This document shows, piece by piece, positions 7,401 through 19,400 of a stretch of DNA of 32,000 nt. The stretch is from Dickeya solani IPO 2222 (GTDB lineage Bacteria; Pseudomonadota; Gammaproteobacteria; Enterobacterales; Enterobacteriaceae): positions 1,530,001 through 1,562,000 of the forward strand of contig NZ_CP015137.1 of assembly GCF_001644705.1 (NCBI RefSeq). Reading direction: 5' to 3'. The stretch's first letter is position 1. Every line of letters begins with the position of its first letter. Position numbers and translations under genes: made by a program. Under the pieces are notes generated by a model, which was not told the DNA's origin, ran no database searches, and was given only the letters and a program-made list of their open reading frames with translations.

Positions 7401-10400
7401 CAAAATCACATAACGATCCTGCACTGCCTGTAAGGCCGGGCGGGTATCCCGATATTCCTCTATCACCACATGCGCATTGGCCCCACCAAAACCAAAAGAA
7501 CTGACACCGGCCCGCCGCGGCAATGCTTCTCCACGAGCGTTTTTCAACGCATGCCAGGGACGATTCTCACCAACGATATAAAAAGGCGTCCCCGTGAAAT
7601 CGATGTAGGGATTCGGTTCTTCACAATGCAGGCTCTTCACCAAGGTTTGATGCTTCATTTGCAGCAGAACTTTAATGACGCCAGCAATCCCTGCCGCCAT
7701 CTCCAGATGCCCGATATTGGTTTTCACCGATCCGATGCCGCACTCTGTGTTGGTATATTCCTCACCAGAATAATCGGCTTTCATGGTGTTAAATGCTGCT
7801 TTCAGGCTATTGATTTCAATCGGATCGCCGAGTTTCGTACCCGTACCGTGAGCCTCGATGTAACTGATACTCCTGGGATCAATGCCGGCATTCCGGTAAG
7901 CACTTTCCAGCAATGCAACCTGAGCCTTGGGATTCGGCGCCGTCAGAGAGCTGGCCCGACCGCCGTGATTCTGCGCACTGCCGCGGATCACTCCATAAAT
8001 GTGATCACCGTCAGCTTCTGCCGCCTGTAAGCGTTTCAGCAGCAACATCCCAACGCCTTCTCCCCGAACATAACCGTCAGCCTGGTTGGAGAAGGTTTTG
8101 CAACGACCGTCGGAGGCAAGCATGCCAGCTTTGCAGAAGCTGACAAACGTATCCGGCGTAACAAGCGTATTGATCCCACCGACAATCACCATATCGCAGC
8201 CTTCATGGCGCAAGGCCGATACCCCACGATGGATAGCAATCAAAGAGGATGAACACGCCGTTTCAATCGGCTCGCTCGGACCGTGGACATTGAGAAAATA
8301 ACTCATCCGGTTCGGCCCGACTGAAGGAACAATTCCCGTTGCGGTGAAGCCTTCTGCCGGCAGCTTCGCATCAACAATCAGGCCGGAATAACCGGTGTTC
8401 CCCGTTCCGATATAGATGCCCAGAGCGCTGCCGGACAGAGAACTGGCCGAATAACCCGCATCTTCAATGACTTTCCAGGCATGGGTCATCAACAAACGTT
8501 GTTGCGGATCCATTAATTCAGCTTCACGGGGGGATATGCCGAAAAACAGCGGATCGAACTCCGCCATATCCTGGATAAACCCTCCCCAGCGAATGCTGTC
8601 CTTGTTTTCAGCGCCATGCACATCTTGCAGGTAATCCCGCCAATTCCAGCGGATTGGCGGAACTTCACTGATACAGTCTTTCCCCTGAAGCAGATTTTCC
8701 CAGTAGGTCTCCAGATCCGGAGCCATCGGGAAGCTACCGCTCATTCCCACAATCGCAATCGCTTCCTGTTCATCACGCTTGCTGCCTGACGCTTGCGATG
8801 ATTGCCGCCCTGCCAGGTGTGAGTTATCCGCCGAATTCGCCGCCGGCACGCTGTTGCGCTCATTTCCCTTCACAGCCAGGACGTCATTCGCCGGTGATAT
8901 TTCATCTGTCGGTTTACAACCGCGCGTTGGCGATGGCGCCATCACTTTTTCTGCAAAGAGATGACTGAAGCGATCCTGATAGTTATCGGCCAGATAGTTG
9001 GTCAACCCGGCGACGGTCGGATATTCAAAAAACACGGTCGGGAGCAGATCCAACGTATATTGCCGGTTCAGCTTATTAGAAAAACCGGTCGTCAGAATTG
9101 AGTCAAAACCCAGCTCATTCAGCTCAATATCGATATCGATGTCTGCAACGTTCACTTGTAACAGCGTCGAGACTTCCTGCAACAGAAGCGACTGAATCGC
9201 CTCATGCAACGCCTGAATATCCAGTTCGGTATGACGGGCTCCGGTCTGTTCCTCGGCTGGCACAGGTTGCCAGAAGTCAGCCGCAGCCTGATCTGAATGC
9301 TCCGCCAGAGACGGATTGGCTGTCTCATGATGGGCGGACGTTTCATAGACGTCCTCTTTATGCGAAAAATCCGTAAATTTTGCAGCAAATACCGTCTGAT
9401 AGGTTTCCGTCAGATAGCGGCTTAATGCCGAAATGGTCGGATACTCAAAAAAGACGGTCGGCAACAGGTCAAGCTCGTACTGGCGATTCAACTTGTTGGC
9501 AAACCCAGTGGTCAGAATTGAGTCAAAGCCCAGCTCGGTCAATTCAAGCTCCAAATCGATCTCAGCCCTGTCCACATCAAGTAACGCGGATACATCACGG
9601 ATCAAAAGTTGCTGAACCGCGCCTTCCAGACCCTGTAAATCAATCCGTGTTGTTGACATATGACCAGCCCCTGGTGCCTGACCTGCCAATACCGGATCTT
9701 CGCTGCGCTTTTCATCTACTTTTACTGGCTGAAATGCCGTTATTGATGGACGTGTCGTTATTGATGGAATCGCCGTTATTGATGGAAGCGCGCTGAGCGT
9801 CTGGCGCAATTTTTCAAGGTCGCCGGCAATCACCAGCACTTGGTTTTCTTCCCGCGCAATCGCCCGATAGAAAGCCTGAAGACCGGCATCCGTCGGCATC
9901 GCTATCATGCCGGTGCTTTGGTACATCATGGTCTCGAATGCGTCATCCACTTTCATCCCGCCCTCTTTCCAGAGCGGCCAATTGATCGCAAGGGTTCTTC
10001 CCATTCGCGACTGAGCAACCACCCGTTGCTGACGATAGTGAGCATAGGCATCCATGAAACTATTAGCGGTAACATAATCAGCCTGTCCCGGATTACCTAA
10101 GCCAGCCGCCGTTGAAGAAAACAGAATAAAGAAATCCAGCGGATGCTGTGCTAAAGCCAGATCCAGATTCACTACCCCCTGAACTTTGGGGGCCAGCACC
10201 GCCTGAAAGTCCGCTGCAGACTTTTTCAGAATGTAGCTGTCACGCAGTACGCCGGCACAATGCAGAACACCGTTGATCGTTCCGTACTGAGCGGTCACGG
10301 TAGCGATCAGCGCCTCAACACCCGGCCGATCACAAACATCAAGCATTCGGTAATCGACCTGTGCTCCCAGCGCCTCCAACTGGCTGATCGACGTCTGAAT

Positions 10401-13400
10401 TCGGGGGGTCATAGCGGAGCGCCCGGTTAAAATCAACCTTGTATTTCGGGTCTGACGGGCGATTTCCGTGGCGAAAATAAGCCCCAGCCCACCGGCTCCG
10501 CCAGTAATGAGATAAACGCCCTGCTCCTTCCACGGCATGCGAGTGAGCCCGGACAGCGCTGATCCGTTGGGAACAGCCGCCCCGCCATTCATAGCGCACA
10601 CTTCCTGCCAGGACAGAACCTGACGCCCTTCCCGGTCATAGCGAATGTGAATATCTTCCGGCATCAGGCTACTTTCCCGCAGCTTCTCACCCACATCATC
10701 GGCACTGACCGCCACATCCAGCTCAATCAGTTGACCGATAAAGTTGGGGTTCTCTAAACGTGCGGTTTTTAACAATCCATTGAGAGCGGTTGATAGCCGG
10801 GTCGGGAAATCTCCGGCAACCACCAGTTGCAGTAACATCGCCTGTTTGGGCTTTCTGGCTAAAATCGTTTGCACCTGTGCAAACAGTGCCAACGCACTCT
10901 GATGAAAGTTCAGCGCGATATCGTCCGTGTCCTGCACCGGCAAAACGACGTCATCCGTCAGGCCAATATCTTTTGCGACAGAACGATCTCCGCAAAATAA
11001 GATTTGGCGACTCGCGTATGCATGCGGAACAGCGGTATTGACCCGCGCATTTTTGCGCAGCCACTGCGGCACAAGCAGTAAAGTACCGTTTCTCTGAGTC
11101 GTGACCTGCTCGGGCGTGCGGGCGCTAAAGCCATGCAGAGCAACGCAAAGCTGCCCCGCGTCGTCATATAACTTGACGGTAAGTTTCTGTACCTTTGCCT
11201 GAGGATTGGGCTCGGTTCCGTGGTCATAGGTCACACAAGCCCACATCGTAGAAGTGCATCGATGAAGAATATCCATCGACTCCATATCAAAAGGTAAACC
11301 CAGCCGATGCTCTCGGGACAACCCCAGCGTCGCCTGCAATGCCGAATCCATCATGCTGGGATGTAATACATAATCACCGAGCGTTTCACTGAGTGTTTCA
11401 GGCAAAGTTAACCGCGCCAGAACACGCCCCTTCGCCAGATACAGATTCTCAACGCCCTGATGCCCAGGGCCGTAGACGATCCCAAGCTTACGAAAAGCCT
11501 GGTAACACTCAGGCTTCTCAATGGTTCCTTCCTGATGTTCAGCCAGAGCAACAGACAGATCGAGTCTTTCCCTGTCATCTGGATGCCGGTCGATGACGAG
11601 CACTTTACCCTGACAATGAGTCTGCGTTTGACCATCCGGCATCAGAGAACAGATTTCAAACCGAATCACCTTAGCCGACTGCGGCAACAGTTTCACGGTT
11701 AGCGGGTAGGTTCCGGCTGCGGTTGCAGAGGCGTCCCGGTGTTCGGCAATGAATGGGCGAACCCACACAATCTGCGTCAATTGCAAATGAAATCCAGCGC
11801 CAACAACCTGCTCAACCGCGGCCCGAGCCATTTCCAGATAGGCCACGCCAGGTAACAGTTTTTGTCCCATCACCAGATGGTCAGCCAGGAAAAATTCGCG
11901 ACCATCAAACCAGGAGGTAAAACAGAGCGCGGTAATATCAGAAGTATTGCGATGCACCAGAGGATGCAAACGATATGGACTTATTTTTACAGGGGATTCC
12001 GTCTTTCCTTGTCCATCGCTCCCACTTTCTGACGTCTTCACCTTCAGCCAGAAACGATCCCGTGCAAACGGATAGGTCGGCAAACCGATTCGGCGGGGCT
12101 TTACTGCCGTCGGGTACAGTGGCTTCCAGTCAACCTGACCGCCCTTCACCCAAACATCGAGCAGTTTGTTGTAGTTGCCTGTTTGCAGCCATGTTCCGAC
12201 CATCGTTTGCCACGTATCTTCATCCGCCAGCATCGACAGCGATTCTTTACCGGCTTTAACATTCCCGCGATAAACCCCTTCTGGTATTTCTGCATCAGAG
12301 AGATAAGCGGCCAATGTTTGTTTCAATGTCTGCACGGAACGGGTTACAAAGGCCAGACGTTCATCCATCGCTTCACGCCCCACTTGCAGGGTATAGGCGA
12401 TTTCAGTCAGGCTGGGCTGCTGGGCAGCACACTCGGCAGAATCCAGAAAGGCCGCCAGGCCTTGCACCACCGCGTCTAAACGCCCGGTCTTTTTGGCCGA
12501 CAACACAATTGCCACCGGCACGGCAGAAGAAGACGAAGCCTCCACGACTTCGGCTGTCGGCGCATACTCCTCAAGAACAATATGCGCATTAGCCCCACCG
12601 ATACCGAAGCTACTGACACCGGCCCTTCTCGGCATTGGCTGACCGGCAGCATCTTCTATTGCAGGCCACGCTTGTGTCTCCTGGACCAGATAGAACGGGC
12701 TATCGGCTAAATCCAGATAAGGGTTTGCCGTCTTAAGATGCACATTGCCCGGAATTTTCCGGTGGCGGAACATCAGCAAAATTTTCAGGACACCGGAAAT
12801 GCCGGCGGCCGCTTCCAGATGCCCGATATTAGTTTTCACCGACCCTAATCCACAATACGCCTTTCGGGTCATCGCTTTATTCTGTTCCCGGTACAGGGTT
12901 TCAAACGCCTTCTTCAACCCATTGATTTCAATCGGGTCTCCCAGTTTAGTTCCCGTACCGTGGGTTTCGATATAGCCCACCATCTCTGGATCAATGCCGC
13001 TACGGCGATAGGCCTGAACCAGCAGTTCTTGCTGCGCAACCGGATTCGGCGCCGTCGGAGAGGTGGCTTTGCCGCCATGATTCTCGGCACTACCACGGAT
13101 CAGACCGTGAATGCGATCGCCATCGGCTTTCGCCTGAGTGAGGGGTTTGAGCATAATGACGCCGACACCTTCACCACGACCATAGCCATCGGCACTGATA
13201 TCAAACGTTTTACAACGACCGTCTTCACTAAGAATACCGGCCTCCCCGGCGGTAATGGTGATCCCCGGATTGACGATAACGTTGACACCACCGACAATCG
13301 CCACGTCACAACTACCGGAGCGAATCGCCTCTATCGCCCGGTGGATGGCGACCAGTGAACTGGAGCATGCGGTATCGATAGGCTCGCTGGGGCCGTGCAG

Positions 13401-16400
13401 ATTCAATATATAAGAAACACGGTTTGCCAGCGCAAAATGAGAAAGCCAGGGTGGATCGCCGATACCGAATTTATCGTGGGAATACTTCAGCCAGGCGTCT
13501 TTATACTCAGAGGTTGACACCCCGACAAAAACCCCGGTATTGCTGCCCGATAAATCACTGGCGCAATAGCCGGCATCCTCAATCGTGGCCCAGACAGTTT
13601 CCAGAAAAACCCTGAATTGCGGATCCAGCGATTGGGCTTCACGGGGAGAGATCCCGAAAAACAGCGGGTCGAAACAGTCGACATCCTGCATGAATCCCCC
13701 ATAATTCACTTTGGTTTTTCCGGGGGTTTCATGTGGATCGCCATAATATTCCTGCCAGTTCCAGCGATCTGCCGGAACCTGGCCGATCAAATCAGAATTC
13801 GCTTCCAGCTGTTGCCAGAACTCATCCAGATTGCGGGACTGAGGAAATCGGCCACTCATACCGATAATCGCTATCGCTTCTGGTGCTTGTGATATTTTTG
13901 GTGTTAATGGCGTGCCCACCTCCGGCGCAGTCGCTTTTGAAATGCCTGAAGCGGCCACGTCAGCAACGGCGGCTTCTGATGGCGTAACCTCTGGTGTTGG
14001 CTGTGACTGGATTTGCGGTGCAGCCCGCCAGGCAAATGCTTTTCTTCCTTCCTCAGTATTCGCGGTTCTGGTGACCATAATCTGAGGTTGCCCGCTAGCC
14101 GCTCCCTTTGCTGAGATAGCCCCAGCGCTGACAGATGTCGCAGCAGCGTTATCAGCAAAAGCCTCGGGGTAAGTGTTAGCCAGATAGTTCCCCATCGCCC
14201 TCAGGGTCGAATGCTCAAAGAAAACCGTCGGCATCAGTGCTAATCCATAGGTTTTATTGAGACGACTGGCGAACTCGGTGAAATCGATAGAATTGAAGCC
14301 ATATTTAGACAGCTCCATATCCAGCTCTATCTTTTTTTCATCAAGCTTTTGCAGTTGCGCGACCATACTGACAAGCAATGCACAAACCTGCCCGACCCGA
14401 ACCGTGCCGTTGACCTCTGTTGTCAAACCTGCCGCATCTTTTATATCCGATTGATGCACGGGCGCCGGATGGGTGGACGTTGGCCCCTCAGAGAGTCTGG
14501 CCTGAATTTTTTCTGCCTCACCATAGATGACGGCAAGCTGAGATTCCTGACTTTGCAGCCCCAGAATCAATGCCCGAATTCCCGCATCAGTGGGCATCGG
14601 AATCAAACCGGTCTGCTGTCTGAGCAGTTCAGCATCGGGTGCGGAAATACCCATACCGCCATCACGCCATAGCGGCCAGTTTAACGCCAGGGTTTTTCCC
14701 CGGCGCAGACCATTGGCGACCTGCTGGTTACGCCAGAGGGCAAATCCATCCATAAATCCATTGGCGCAGGCATAATCGGCCTGGCCGGCATTACCAAACG
14801 CACTGCTCAATGAAGAAAACAACACCATAAAATCCAGGTTGCAATCCTGGGTCGCGTTGTCCAGAGCCAAGGTTCCTGCCACTTTCGGCGCCAGAACGTC
14901 GAGCAGTTCCGCTTCAGTTTTATTGGCAATGAAAGCATCACGGATGACGCCTGCACTATGGATGATGCCATTCAGTTGACCTTCATCTTGCAGAATCTGC
15001 TGTACCAGATTGCGGGTTTGCGCCGGATCGGCCACATCCCCCTGCAGGTAAGTCACCTGAATCCCCTGATGCCGCAAATCCAAAAGGCGTTGCTCACTGC
15101 GTTCATTCAGGGCAGAGCGACCGCTGAGTACCAACCGAGCCTGATATTGAGTCCCCAGTTCACGGGCAATCTGATAACCAATCCCCCCCAAACCGCCGGT
15201 TATCCAGATGACACTGCCAGAAGAAACCGGCAGTTCATCAGTCATGTCTGCCAGAGTGCTCCGGCGCCACGCCTTCACCCTCCGGTTTCCGGTTTCATCG
15301 TAACGAATCTCTGTGGCGTCATTTGCGCCATGCATTTCAGACTGTAACTGTGTTAGCAGCGGTGGGATGGCTTCCGGTGAAGCGTGGTATCGGATCACTT
15401 TGCCATTGAAGCCGGATTGTTCTTGCCGGGCTGTTTTGAACAGTCCCGAACTGGCTGATAACCACGATTCATTAACCGGTTCTGATGCCAGTATAAATAC
15501 GGCTTGCCGCTGAGATTGCTCCCGGCAAGCAAGCGTCCTTTCTTTTATTTGGGCAAATAACTGTTGCAGGCAATACGTAAATTGTTGCGGTTCGTGGTCG
15601 TGACCCACAGGCAGGTTCACCACCTGGCAATCGGGCCAGCTATTTTGCAACGCGGTTTGCAGCGCCGCGTTCTCATCGGCCAGAATAAAACAAGGCGGCA
15701 GTGCATCGGGATCACCGTCATGCACCTGAGCAGACCCACTATGCTGGATGACCCACTGAGGCCGGGCAAAAACCAGCGACTCGGCTTGCGAAACCTGAGC
15801 ACTTATCATGCTCAGTCCTTTTATCTCAACCAAAATATGCCCGTGATGATCGGTAAACCAGATATCACAACGCACGACCCGATGTTCTGAACCCGCATCA
15901 GACTGCGTTTGGCGAATATAAGCCAAGACGCTTGCTGGTAACGGCTGGTAGATCCTCAGCGTATCCATGCTAAACGGCATCAGCGGATGAGTACCTTGCC
16001 GCTCACCGCCGACGGCCAGCATAATGCCGGCCAAAACGGCCCCATTCATCAGTGCCGGATGCAACACCGGCTCCTCACCCACACCGACAATATCCTGGTG
16101 AACTTCCAGCGTCACCAGCGCTTCATTATTCCCCTGCTGATACCGGGTAATCCCAAGCAATCTGGGCCCGATGGCGGTGCCGAAAAATTCAGCACAGGCA
16201 TGATGGGAGCGACGCTGCCGGCAGCGATGCTCGATTTCTGTAAGCGGCAAAGGCTGACGTTCTGTTCCACCGACAAGCCCAGTCATCACGCGCCCCTGCG
16301 CATGAACCTGTCCCTGTCTACTGATAACACAGTGATAGCCTTGTGCGTCTCGATTCAGGGCCAGATCGATATCCGTACCCTGTTCTCCCACCATCACGGG

Positions 16401-19400
16401 CTGGTGCCAGATAACCTCCTTGAGACCCACGACGACTTCGGAATCCCCTGTTGAAACGTGTGATACAGCCAGTTCTCTCATCCATTCCAGAGACAGCATT
16501 CCGGGAAGCAACCCACCGTGATCCTGCAAAAAATACTCTGTGCCGCTTAACGCTTTGCCCTTTATGCTAACGGTCATCTCTGCGCTGACCGTCGTATCTA
16601 CAGACGTCACCGTTCCCGGGGAAACAGATTGCTCAGAGGTGTGAGATACCGGCAAAACCCGCGTCGAGAAGCCACGCATACTCACACAGATACGACCATG
16701 ATCATCGCAGAGGTCGATATCCATTTTCCGTACTTGCTCGTTTGCCGAGTTTTCTGTTGATACCAGCCGTAGCCAGACCCAAAGACGAGCATCAACCTCT
16801 GCGAATACATCCAATTGCTCCAGAGCAAAAGGAACATAGGCGGCGCCAGACGGTAGGTCTGAGTGATTCAGCCCCAGACTGGTTTGCAAGGCCGCATCCA
16901 TCAGGCTCGGATGCAGGCCGAACGCGGAGGATGTCACCGTATCCGGCACAGCAATCCGAGCCAGTACCTGACGCTCTCCGGTCAGTAGCTGTTCAATGCC
17001 CTGAAATGTCTCGCCATAACTCAGCCCCATATCGCGAAACTTCTGATAACAGTGCGCCGCCTCATATTCAGGGCCAGTCATCTGTTTCTTCAGTTGGTGC
17101 AGATCCAGCGTGTTCCTTTCTAAGGCGTTATTTCCCGTGATGGCGTCATTCGGACGGGGATCAATGATTCCCTGACCATGAATCGTGCGCTGCTGAATGT
17201 CGCTTTCCGAATAAATCTGGTAGTCAATGAGACCGCTTTCCTGTTCGTAGAGACCCAGATAGATTGTGGTTGTCTGTTGCGTTGCGATCACCGGCTGAAG
17301 CCAGAGTACCTGCTTCAAACTGAAATGCAGCAGTTGCGATTTGGAAAAGAGGGGAGAGGCAGCATAGGTATAAGCCGCCCGAGCCATTTCCAGATAGCTG
17401 ACGCCCGGCAGCACCTTCTGACCATGAATCTGGTGATCCGCGAGGAAAAACTCCTCGCCGCTGAACTCAGAGCGAAAGCGAAGTTCAGCCAGCGTTGAAG
17501 CATTTTCCTTCAACAGCGGATGTAATAGCCCCGGTCTGGCCGCGACAATAGGGCCTGGCGATGAAGATAACGCGCGGGTCTCTAGCCAGTGATGCTCTCT
17601 GGCAAAGGGGTAAGTCGGTAAGACGACACATCTGGATACGTCCGGAAACAGCGCCGCGCCGTCCAGTTCGTATCCTTGACAATAATAGTCTGCCAGTGCG
17701 GACAGGATTTCCTGATATTCCTGCCCCTCACTATGTTGTGGCTGGCGTAATAGTTGTGGCTGGCCTGATAAAACGTCGACCTGCTGGCGAATGATCTTTT
17801 GTCCGGCGAAGCCCAACGGTACTTTACCGCGAAACAGATTGGGACGTTGCGCATGCTCTGCCTGCTGCAAACTGATGATGACGCTTTCCCGATCTTCAAC
17901 CACCACGGCCAGACGGTATTGAAAATGACTCCGCCCCCGCAGCAATGTATAACCGATCGCTGCCAGTCCCTGACCGCTGGTTTGCGGTTTTTGCAAATGC
18001 AAAATCAGATCGTCGACCTTACGGTATAACGCCTCCTCGGTCTTGGCCGACAAACAGAGAAGATAATGGCTGCGCTTTGGCTCTGGGGACGAAACCGGCT
18101 GAGGGTATTCCTGCATGATAAGATGAGCGTTGGTTCCGCTCATGCCGAAAGCACTCACGGCCCCCATTCTCTGCTTACCCTGCTGTACCGGCCAGGCCCT
18201 GGCCGTTTTATTCACATAAAAAGGACTCTCTGCCCAGGTAATGTAGTCATTTTCCTGCTGACAGTGCAGACTTGCGGGAATGACTTGCTGATTCATCGAC
18301 TGAAGCAGACTCACGGCGCTAAGGAGCCCCGAAGCGGCAAACGTATGGCCGAAATTCGTTTTTGTCGACGTCAGGGCGCAAAAAGCCTGTTTATCGGTGT
18401 ACGCTTTAAACGCATCATTCAACGCATTAATCTCGACCGGGTCGCCAAGCCGGGTACCCGTTCCGTGCGTCACGATATAGTCAATCTGCGCAGGATCGAT
18501 GTGAGCGCGTTTATACACGGTTTTGAGCAAGTCGGTCTGCGCCACACCGTTCGGCGCAGTGATCCCGTTAGTTTTGCCGTCATAATTGATACCGCTGGCC
18601 CGAATCAAACCGTGGATCGGATCACCATCGGCTTCGGCCTGCGACAAGCGTTTTAGCACCAGCACCACCACCGCTTCGCCAGGCACCATGCCGTTAGCAC
18701 GCCGATCAAAGGTGTAGCAGATCCCATCCTCAGAAGTCATGCCTGAACGCTTCATGATATCGAAGCCTTCCGTCGAGAGTTGCAAACTCACGCCGGCTGC
18801 CAGCGCGGTGTCGCATTCTCGGTTACGCAGACTGGCGCATGCCAGATGCGCAGCGACTAAACCGGATGAGCAGGCCGTATTGATCGCCAGCACCGGTCCG
18901 TGCAGATCGAGAAAATAGGCCAGCCGTGAAGCCAGAATGCCATTGTGATTGGCAGTAATTTCAACGTGTTCAGCACCAGAGAAACGTCCGTATGTTCCCT
19001 CTTCCACACCGACAAAAGTGCCGATGTTATGCTGCCGCAACTGTTGCGCGCCGTAACCGGCATGTTCCAGCGCTTTCCATGCTTCCTGTAAGAGCTGGCG
19101 CTGGCCGGGATCCATGTTTTGAGCTTCTCGGGGCGAGATTTCAAAAAACAGCGGGTCAAATTCAGCCGCACCGGGTATGACACCACACCACAAGCCCTGT
19201 TCTGCCGAAGAACCACGATCATCTAACGTAGCACTACCATCACGGTAAGACTCGTCCCGACTACGCAGGTATTCTGCACTCACGCGGCTTACAGACGATT
19301 TTCCCTCTGCCAGATACTGCCACATTTCATCAACATCACGGGCATCGGGAAAACGGCCGCTCATACCGATAATCGCGATCGGCTCTTCTGCTTCGAAAGG

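Noticed and set aside
18066-18656. 196-aa plus-strand ORF, and similar long plus-strand ORFs in the track (7470..8030, 29205..29690, 15987..16454, 4584..5003, 9380..9796, 12960..13358, 14958..15347).
   Set aside because: All lie antisense to uninterrupted, motif-rich minus-strand PKS coding sequence. Their translations are Arg/Pro/Ser-rich with no recognisable motifs and no SD. They are typical shadow ORFs of a moderately GC-rich gene.
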